A DNA stretch of 19,915 nt. Source: Paraspadella gotoi. Lineage: Eukaryota; Animalia; Chaetognatha. Positions within the stretch are counted from its first letter, which is position 1; each line of letters opens with the position of its first letter. The stretch lies in NCBI GenBank assembly GCA_051294375.1, contig CM119263.1, forward strand, positions 27,268,406 through 27,288,320, in the 5' to 3' direction. Both the position numbers and the translations under genes were made by a program. The notes under the pieces are model-generated. The model ran no database searches. It was not told the DNA's origin and saw only the letters and a list, made by a program, of their open reading frames with translations. This document shows, piece by piece, positions 11,403-19,915 of this stretch.

Positions 11403-11713
11403 AAACATATTGATGAAAAATGTAATTAAGTTTCAATTTTATGATAATAAACACACGATAATTTTTATCCTTACTCAGGAGGACAACAGTTTTGTTTATC
11501 TTAGCTTAGGGTACCCCTACCACCTGCCCCTGCTTCCTGCCCCTTCCCCCATCAGCACCCCCTTGCCCGTCCCCGAACTCCTCCTGCCCGTCCCTCCACC
11601 CCTTGCCCTGTCCCCGAATCCCCTTGCCCCTCCCTTAACACGGCGACGGATGCTTTACCGCATTCTATCTTTAAGGCCGCCATGGGGAAAGGAGGTTCAC
11701 GACAATAACTAAT

Positions 11714-12508
11714 TAGAAGGAGAAGAGAGGAGAGAGAAAAGATGAGAGGGAGAGAGAAGAGAGAGAGAGAGAGAGAGGAAGAGAGAGAGAGAGGAGAGAG
11801 AGAGACGAGAGAGAGAAGGAGAGAGAGAGAAGAGAAGAGAGAGGCACCCGTAAGGGCGGAATAATAAAAATAAAAAAAGTTTACGGGAGAAAAAAGGAGA
11901 AAGTTGAATGACAGGAGAAGAAAAGAACAGCGATAGAAAAAGTAGAAGAGAGAGAGAATTAAAAGGCGCATCCTCGGAAGGCGTGGCGAGAGAGAGAGAG
12001 AAGAGAGAGAGAAGAGAGGAAGAGAGAGAGAGAGAGAGAAGAGAGAGAGAGGAGAGAGAGAGAGAGAGAAGAGAGAGATACATTAGAAGGAAGGTGATCA
12101 ATCATCGGACGGAGACGTGACGGGCGAAGGGAGGGTAAGGGAAAAGAGAGGTGAGGATTCAAAAAAAAGAAAAGTAAAGGAAAGATAAGGGAGAAAAGGA
12201 AAGAGATTGGAAGAATGAAGGAGAGAGGTGAGGAAAGGAAAGTAGAGGGAAGTAAGGAAAGGAAAGTAAATAGGTGAGGAAAGAAAGGAGTAAGGCGAGG
12301 AAATGAAAGGAGAGAGAAGTAAAGAAAGGAGAGTAAATTGGTGTGAATAAAGGTAAGAAGGAGAAAGGAAAAGAAAGGAGTTAGGTGGGAAAGGAAAGGA
12401 GAAAGAAGTAAAGAAAGGAGAGGAAATGGCGAGGAAAGGGAAGGGAGAGAGAAGTAAAGAAAGGAGACAGAAAGGAAAAGAGATAGGCGAGGAAAGGAAA
12501 GGAGTGAA
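11714..12508 (+). repeat. ~0.8 kb purine-rich low-complexity tract with (GA)n and GGAAA-type units
   Basis: Nearly pyrimidine-free blocks at 11714-11843, 11985-12080 and 12130-12508. Confidence 0.92.
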
Positions 12509-12801
12509 GCGAACGAGGCGGAACTTTTCCCGCCAAAGTAACTCGATTAGACCTTTGGGTTCCTTGGGTGATGAATGGGGTGGTGGGGTATGGATTTGTC
12601 GGGGAAGAAAGTTTTCTTTCCTTTTTTTTGGCAGAAAACGAAATCGTTGTTTTTCCCCCAAATTTCTTTTAATTTCTCGCAGAAAAAAAAAGATGTTGAC
12701 TTTGACGACGAATTAATTCCTCCCTTTTTTCCCCTTTTTCTCCCTTCTTCTTTTTTTTTTTGATTTCTTCTTTTTCTGCCTCACCGACGTCTGCATCTCA
12801 G

Positions 12802-12810
12802 AATCACAAG
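12802..12810 (+). CDS. Candidate 9-nt microexon (AATCACAAG) of an unidentified host gene
   Basis: ctcag|AATCACAAG|gtaagt. There is no AG for ~107 nt upstream (12693-12799), a long pyrimidine tract, a branch-like TTAAT (~12713) and two TGC motifs just before the acceptor. The exon preserves frame. Confidence 0.55.
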
Positions 12811-13184
12811 GTAAGTCTTTTTTTTTTAATCGTTTACGTGTTTATACAATTTGAGGAAAATTTCGGAAAATTTCTTTTGTGTCTCGTATCCAAGGAAATC
12901 TCCCCCCTCCGCAATCTCAGATTTCCTTTAGATTTCCTTAATCCATAATTTCTTTAATTCGACGCAGCTTTCACGTTTCTGTGATTTAGTTTCACCATCT
13001 TCAAAAAAAAACTTAGATATAATTGGCATCAGTTTAGGTAAATTATTTATTACCTCAAGGTACTCGGCTTATCTACTGTATGCGTTTCACCACCCAATTT
13101 TGTTCATGGAGCGTCAATCATGCTCTCTTTACCCTCGCGGCTTTGAACGCCAGCATGGCCGGCACGGCGGAGAACCGATTCGCT

Positions 13185-13445
13185 CGTAGTGCCGGCAAAA
13201 TGCACGGTAAGGCGCACACCGACGTAAGGCTGTGAGTCTGAAACGAAGAGATAGTTTTTGCTTCGAACCCTGAATAATAACGCAGCCACATTGGGAGCAC
13301 CTGGCCGCGCGTATGAATATGAAACGAGACTCCGTGAAAAGTTAGTATTTATATTGGGTGCCAAAGAAATATTTAGCTTTAATTACTCAACCGACAATCA
13401 GATAGCGGCTACCTTGATTTATATAGTGTCCGCATTTATATTCTT
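13185..13445 (-). mobile_element. Possible disrupted hAT transposase fragment (region around YDGA...HC..H)
   Basis: Collinear minus-strand motifs: NINADTI (13442-13422), KLNISL (13379-13362), SY..GAPNVA (13301-13284), YSG..AK (13276), VHFAG (13205-13191). These resemble hAT NITADTI..RLNLSL..YDGAANMAG.YSG...VHCAGH. There are many indels. Confidence 0.35.
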
Positions 13446-14406
13446 TAAAGCAGCTGTTATAAAATAAGACGGCACGATACGGCAGCCGCTGCATAAGCAC
13501 ATGGGCGTGGCGACGCTAGTGTGGGACGCTGATATTAAGCGAACGGCGATAGATTCGGCGCTTAGAGATTTAGAGACGCGGTGCACCTGAGAGACGGAGC
13601 TGAACGAAGATTTGAATTATTTCTTTTCGTTTAATTTATGAAGAGAAATATAATAGTACGACTTATTTGAGAAAAATAGAGAGAGAACTAGAAAAAAGAT
13701 AGTACATATATATTCTAGAGCTACTACTTGCGGTCCTATTTAAAGGAAAAAGTCTAAAACCTCTGCTGGATTAGAATTAAATTGGCTCATTCCTCCGGCT
13801 GGTAGTGAACGTGTAGGTAGAGAGAGTGCGTTGCGCCGATAGGGTGAGGCAGGAGAGTGCCATTACTAGTTTGATATTTAGATGTACATCTGGCTGGTGA
13901 TTGATCGCCCTGTGGTTGGGGAAAGGTGCCGGGGGGGGCGGCGCGACATTGGCTGGCGCAGGTGAAGGTGTAATACTCCGCCGCAAGCAGGCAGAGCTGA
14001 CGAGCGCCGGGTGCTGGGGGCAACGGAGCATGAAGGCGGCGCCGTACAGAAGAGCTGAGAAGCGGCGGCGTTGTAGAGAGGAGGACCGGTGCCCCCTGGG
14101 CGTGCGATTTTTGGACCCTCACTGGCGGCGAACAAATGAGTCCGCCCTTTCCCCTGGCGGAGGGGAAAAAGTAGCGGGGGACACATGAAACGAATTTTCC
14201 AGGGGGCGGGGGGGTGGGGGGGGGGCCTCCCTGGTCCTGATGATTCCCCGAGCCACGAGAGAGAGTGACCCCGCCCGACGCACCCCCAAGAGGACGAGAC
14301 GTGAGTGAGACCGTAGAGAGAGAGGAGAGAGTGAGAGGAAGAGAAAAAGAAATAAGAGAAAGAGGGAGAGAGAGAGAATTAACTTTTTTTGGGATTGGGA
14401 TTTCAG

Positions 14407-14442
14407 TTGACTGGATTCGGTCTTCGCTTAAGGGTGCGGATG
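14407..14442 (+). CDS. Candidate 36-nt cassette exon
   Basis: atttcag|TTGACTGGATTCGGTCTTCGCTTAAGGGTGCGGATG|gtaaga, with TTAAC plus a T-run upstream. Open in phase 1 (xDWIRSSLKGAD) and phase 0. The pyrimidine tract is weak. Confidence 0.25.
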
Positions 14443-15179
14443 GTAAGAGAGCTGGGAGGATTGAACGGTAAGGAGTCGTAGGAGTGAGAGAGAGTGGCGT
14501 TGTTCGCCGCTCTTTCTCTGTTATGAGACGAAACTGATTTTCAAATTAGTTTTCTATTTGAAAAGATTGATTCTGATATCCGATTTGATATTTTTACTTT
14601 TATCCCAATTGTGTAAAAATATATAAAAAACTGACGATTTAACAAAAAACAACAGAATAAAAAAGCCTAAAAACAAAAAAAAAAACCCTAAACAAAGGAT
14701 TTGCCCTTTGACCTCCGGGCATTCTGCGGCATTCTCACGTCATTAACCGTCCCATCTTTTCTTCTTTTTTCCTCTCTGTCCTCTCTATTCCCCTCTCTTC
14801 TCTTCTTCCTCCTCTCCTCGGGTTTTAGCGATGCTCTTTTTCTTTCGCCCTAATTAACGACTTCCCTCCCACGCCTCCTTTCCCGCCCTCGCCTGCGCCC
14901 CCTAGGAAAACCAACCGCACGAGATTTTACTAAATCCGTTTCTTTAAATAAAAAAGTCGCTAAACCCGATAAACTCCGTTGGTTTTAATTAAATTCTCCG
15001 ATGAGAAAAAAAAAGGTTTGGGTTCGACAACCGAGACTCTGCCCTCGGTTTCGGTTCGCTGGCGTCATTGTTATTTTTCTATCTATGACTCGGTTTACAT
15101 AGGTTTGTTAAACCTCTCTTTCTTGTCTTTAGTTCTCTGTTTCGTATTTAGATTCTCTTTCGATGGTAATTATTGATTG

Positions 15180-15232
15180 CTTTTTCTTTCTCTATCCCTC
15201 TTTTCTTTTATTTCTTTCTTTCTTTGTTTCTT

Positions 15233-15290
<58 letters not shown>

Positions 15291-15565
15291 TTTCTTTCTT
15301 TATTTCTTTATTTCTTTCCGTCTTTCTTTCTTTCCCCTTTCTTTTCTTCCTATCTCTCTAACTCTCTCAATTCCTCTCTGTGTGTGTTTCTCTCTCTCTC
15401 GCTCTCTCTGTTTCTCTCACACACTCCCTCTCTCACTCTTTGTCTTCCCCTCCCTTTCCCCACTCCTCCCCTCTTTAATTTATCCCCGGTTTAATGACTC
15501 GACCCTCCTTTTTCCCCCTCTTTTCTTGGTGACCTTTGGAATTTCTCCCTTCCCTCTATTTCCTC
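15180..15565 (+). repeat. Pyrimidine tract with (CTTT)n core
   Basis: (CTTT)n at ~15235-15300 within a long T/C-rich stretch. Confidence 0.92.
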
Positions 15566-15705
15566 GTTATAACCCTAATGGATCCGAGGCAGAGGAATAA
15601 CCTATTAAGCGTTACGTATCTGATATTAAAAATGAACCATCAGAAGCTGCGAAAATGAACAAAAGACAGAAGCAGGGCCCTCTTGTCTTTCCAGCTTTTC
15701 CTCTT

Positions 15706-15732
15706 ATTCATTCATTCATTCATTCATTGCCG

Positions 15733-15831
<99 letters not shown>
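15706..15831 (+). repeat. (ATTC)n followed by interrupted (CT)n
   Basis: Seen directly. Confidence 0.92.
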
Positions 15832-15945
15832 GCTTCCTCGATGCCCAACCACGGAGAAAGTTCGTTAGGGGAAAGACGAAAAAAAAAAAAAAGAAAATCT
15901 ATTTACTACTGGGTTTTCCATTATCATTCAAAAACAAGGATTATG

Positions 15946-16080
15946 AATGGCGGTCGTTGCTACGGGCGACGCCAGAGTTCGGGGCGCGTCGGCCGCCATT
16001 TTGAAAAGAAGGGGCGGCCGGGCGGCCGGGCGGCCGGAGAGGTTCCGCCCCGGGAGGATCCTCTGTGCCGGGAAGGGCAT
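15946..16080. promoter_or_regulatory. GC-rich patch with YY1/Pho motif
   Basis: GCCGCCATTTTG at 15992-16003 and an opposite-orientation AATGGCGG at 15946-15953, within a CpG-rich stretch. Confidence 0.3.
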
Positions 16081-16685
16081 AGGGGGGTGGATGGAAAAGG
16101 GGGAAGATGGTGAGTAGCGGTGGGGAAATTGGCAGGAACTTGGAGATGCGTTCTTGGGATATGAAAGATAAAAATAAAACTTTGTAAATCAAGAATACTA
16201 CGTATTTCAAAATTACAATCGGATGACATAGTTGAAACCTAAAATATAGTGAAAGTTTGATGTTAACAAAAAGACAAAAAACGAGGTTTGCAAGATTTAA
16301 GAAATTACCGAAGAAAGAACTAATTTGAATTAAAAAAAAAAGGAATCATTTCCCACAGTGAATATCGAGTAAAAACCAAAACCCGCTAAGCACAGTGAAC
16401 TCGTCGAGCGAGAAGAAGACAAAACGCGAAATATCGGCCAAGATGGAAATGAGAATGCTTTGTGATGCGCGAGAGAGGCTGTCCGTGTGAGACGTAAAGA
16501 TGCCCGGGCGCGTGAAAGGCGGAAGCGGAAGTGAAAAGCGGAAGGAAGAAGCGGAAGGGAGAAAAGCGGAGGAACTTCTTTTGTGACGAGGAGCGAATGG
16601 AGAAAGACAGAGAAAAGATAAAATTCATGCAGTCTCTTCACGGGTCGTGACAAAGAGAGGGATGTGAATGCGATCGTGAATTTCA

Positions 16686-16782
16686 GGATGAATGCGGGAT
16701 GAATGCAAGATGAATGCGTGATGAATGCAAGATGAATGCGGGATGAATGCGGGATGAATGCAAGATGAATGCGGGATGAATG
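16686..16782 (+). repeat. 11-bp minisatellite, 9 copies (DGATGAATGCR)
   Basis: Units ggatgaatgcg / ggatgaatgca / agatgaatgcg in exact 11-bp register. Confidence 0.95.
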
Positions 16783-17420
16783 GTGGAAGAACACGGACCG
16801 GGTTAGTTTCCCTGAGGAAATAATTCTGGAAAAGGTTATGAGTTAAGATTGAATAATAGATTAATTAAATTGAATTCAATGAATAAAATAAACATAAAAT
16901 CCAGAGAACGAAAACCATTAAACTCTAGAAAAAAAAAGTGCAATACGAATGCGCGACGGAAGCCGGAAAAACGCGGGATTGATAAACGCCCATCGAATGC
17001 GAAATGCCGGGATGCCGGTATGCCGGGATGCCCCGTCTCGCCTCGGGCTCAGGTGCCGGAGACGCAATAAAAATCCGAGGCAATGCGGTCGATGCCAAGA
17101 ATCCTCGGAATAAACTGTTCGCGCTGTCCTGATTTACAGTCGAACTCGATCCTGCCAACTTAGCGAGCGATTAAGGGGGGGGGGAAGTGGGATGAGGGGG
17201 GGAAAGACTCCTTTTGTCTCTTTTCGCTGTAGGGACGTTTTGAATATAAACGAATAAAAGAATGGGGCAGAGCTTCGACTGAAATATCCGTCTTAACTGA
17301 TCCACATTAGCTCGCTCCTTTTCTTGTTTTGGGAAAAGAGAATAAGAGAATAAAGGAGATGACATGTGACATGTTTAATATTCTATTCTTCCTTTGCGGT
17401 GTCATGATGTTATTTTCTTC

Positions 17421-17515
<95 letters not shown>
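17421..17515 (+). repeat. Perfect (CTTT)n microsatellite
   Basis: Seen directly. Confidence 0.96.
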
Positions 17516-17516
<1 letters not shown>

Positions 17517-17828
17517 AACCATTTGTTTTTCCTCATTCATTTTTGTACAATTATTTTTTTTTTCTATTCTTAACTAAATCAATCACGATCTGACTTAAAT
17601 CACTCAAGGATTAAAAACGATTCTTTTGCTCAATCGGCTAATAAATACCGATTTCCAAAAATTCTGAGGCACCATATCCATCACCCTCCCGGATGTAATT
17701 CGCAATCCTTATCAACCAGGATTGAATGCCTACCCGGATGTAATTCGTTTCCCTTTCCGTCACGCAGTTCACGTTCCGCCCTCATTCGTTATATCTCCTG
17801 TTGTTCCTCATTCTTTTTTCATCGTCGT

Positions 17829-17973
17829 CCTCCTCCTCTTCCTCCTCCTCCTCCTCCTAAAATTCTCTCTTAAAGGGAGGGCGTTGAAATCGGTTTAATC
17901 TTCCTGCGTTACTGGGACACCTCGACGACGATGACGACGACGACGATGACGACGACGACGATATACGACGACG
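17829..17973 (+). repeat. (CCT)n at 17829-17857 and (GAC)n at 17923-17973
   Basis: Seen directly. Confidence 0.88.
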
Positions 17974-18291
17974 GCGGAACGTGCGCTTTGGCAAAACAAA
18001 AGACAAACACGTAAAAAATATGATCGATGAGAGGATTTTTAAAAAAAAGGCGGGGACGATGACGACGACAATGACGACGAAAGCGTCGTTGGAAATTTAC
18101 GCTTTATATCGACATTTTTATTGTAACTGGGACAAAAGCGAGGAAATGGAAATGGGAGCACAAGTGACAAAATCACGATGTTTGACTCTCGATAATTGTG
18201 ACGAAATTTGTTTAAAAAACTTCAGTCTTCTTGTAAGTCAAACGCCGATCTCATCCAAAGCGAAAGACTAATGCCAAAGACGAAAAGACGA

Positions 18292-18354
18292 CGAAGACTC
18301 GCGACGAAAAATCAGCGACTCGCAGCGAAGACTCGCAGCGAAGACTCGCGGCGA
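18292..18354 (+). repeat. Short 13-bp tandem repeat (GCGAAGACTCGCA), imperfect
   Basis: gactcgcagcgaagactcgcagcgaagactcgcggcgaa, plus an upstream cgaagactcgc. Confidence 0.75.
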
Positions 18355-19444
18355 AACGGCGCAACGGGGCGGCGAAGCTCGAAGGCGGAAACGGGCCAAA
18401 GTCGATGGTCCTTTTTCTTTCCTTTTTTTTTTCTTTCTTTTTGTCTTCATTGTTTTTCGCGCTTTTTTCTATTATTGTTTTCCGATAGATGGGATAGATA
18501 GCGGGAATAGAAGGGGGAAAAGTAGGGCAACGGGGAGAAATGGGGGTATGGGTGAGTGGGGGTGAGTTTAAAGGGTGAGTAAAGTGGTTTTTGTTGTTGT
18601 TATCATAGGAGAAAGCAACTATTGGCGGTGGTGTCGGAAGGAGTGGGTCAGTGAGCGACCCGGGGGAACGGTGGCTTTTTGAGTGACCATCGAGGAGGGA
18701 AGGGTTGATGAGGCCGGGAAAGGGGCGTGAATGCGTAGCGGACAGTCAATGAGGAGTCGTGGGCGGAACACGCTGGCGGAAGGCGTGGAAGAGTTGCTCG
18801 TTCCCGGAGCGTTTCCCGATTCTTGGCCAAGGATTTTCTTCGACTTTCATCGACTTTAAAGAAGAAGAGTGAGAGGGAGTGGTTTTGCGCCAGAGATTTT
18901 AGCTGCGGGTGTGGGGATGAGGGATAGAGACGGAGAGTCTTTTTTGGAAAAGGAAGAGAGTTGTTGGATGGAATTGTGGGAATAGGAAGTGGTCATTTGG
19001 CGACGGAGGCTTGGGGAGACAAAGATGGTCGACGTTGTCATTGAAGTCCTTTCAAAAGTTTTTTTTTTATGACGAACATGAATTGAGTCATTTCGGCAAA
19101 ACAAAAGGAAAGAATGGGAGAGAGAGAGATGGATACAGAGCGAAGATTTTAGGGAGTAGAAAAAGGGAAGAAGCTTTGGTTTCCGATATCCGGAAAACTT
19201 GTATCTCTTAACTGGCGACGTGGAACGATTGCTGTATCGGACTTAGATTCGCTAAGGCGCTAACAAGATTTTGAAAGTCTACGTGTTTACGTACTAATGT
19301 AACTATATTGTACGTACATAAAATAAGGACATAAAAGGGAAATACAACAAAATAACAAGTAACAAAGCGTTGTGACACCTAAATTAAATCTTTATGAAAT
19401 CGGTACAACCAATATAAAAATTATCCATTCATTTAAAAAATAAG

Positions 19445-19850
19445 CTATCTTGCCCCTGACATTGGACATGGACAGGCTTTGGTTGTTTAAGGCCTCCATC
19501 ACTCTTACAAGGTAATAACATAGCAGGTCCCTGCAAGCTTTCAATCAAGATTCTCTCACAGTCTCGTTTATTCACTCCCAGAGTACCTGGCTTCCTTATC
19601 AATGAAGTGATATAATCGATGAGGAGGAGGGGCTTCGCCTCCTGCATCTTAATGTTTCAAAGAATGTTTCAATGATGATACAGAATCTAGCCGAGAAGCT
19701 AGAACTAGGACCGAGATAATCGGATTGGGTTAAATGTTCGTAGGAGCAGGACCCAACATCAAAGGCAACCCCGAGTTTTAGATGTTGGGAGCGGCTTTCA
19801 CTGAGATTCGCCGCGTCGCTCATGAAAGGAGGCCTTGAGATTTCGCTGCC
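19445..19850 (-). mobile_element. Degenerate hAT-family transposase fragment (DUF4371 / ZMYM1-like region)
   Basis: Collinear minus-strand motifs: EHLTQSDYLGP (19739-19707), MQEAK (19647), SLI..EARYSGSE* (19594-19568), VRES, and an uninterrupted VMEALNNQSLSMSNVRG (19502-19452). These resemble hAT EHL..YLSP..IKEAK.FSII.DE.RD.S..EQ..VRE..L...LSL.N.RGQ. It carries frameshifts and stops, and no TIRs were found. Confidence 0.45.
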
Positions 19851-19915
19851 AACAACAGGATTTTCTCGCGACGGGAAATAAAAAAAGAAAATAAAAAAAG
19901 CGAAAAATCGCGCGC

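Noticed and set aside
10420-12716. SL/ER/F-rich ORFs, including 187 aa at 12098..12661
   Set aside because: They are translations of microsatellite and purine tracts that lack stop codons.
13777-14188. Overlapping ORFs in a GC-rich block
   Set aside because: Several frames are open because of GC content, with no motifs or clear splice sites. The block may be low-accuracy fill.
15021-15051. GGTTCGA plus a small hairpin (aaccgag/ctcggtt) as tRNA/SINE
   Set aside because: The B-box is incomplete and there is no A-box or cloverleaf.
15163-15600. Hydrophobic F/L/S ORFs resembling membrane proteins
   Set aside because: They are (CTTT)n translations. The same applies to 17329..17577.
18220-18240. 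cag|TCTTCTT|gtaagt as a microexon
   Set aside because: It is 7 nt (frameshifting) and has no pyrimidine tract upstream.
19429-19647. LPCKSDGGL as a non-LTR retrotransposon LPxxxGGLG motif
   Set aside because: It is a single weak motif with no RT context. The alternative frame fits a hAT motif series better.

Overview
This is eukaryotic (invertebrate-like, probably arthropod) draft-assembly sequence that is almost entirely non-coding. It has microsatellites, long purine/pyrimidine tracts, CpG-rich unique patches, one 359-N gap and three exactly 25-N gaps. None of the ORF-track ORFs is a credible standalone gene. The best biological signals are (i) a 9-nt candidate microexon on + (12802-12810) with a long AG-free pyrimidine tract, UGC motifs and a GTAAGT donor, plus a possible 36-nt partner exon at 14407-14442, which suggests the window is mostly intron of a + strand gene, and (ii) three heavily disrupted minus-strand patches whose motif order resembles the DUF4371 region of hAT transposases. 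The most striking structure, ~985-4190, looks like an assembly artefact: a very noisy re-read of 468-1075 with a PacBio-adapter-like string at the turn point. I see no supportable novel multi-gene system. All protein similarities were recognised by eye and need HMM/BLAST confirmation.
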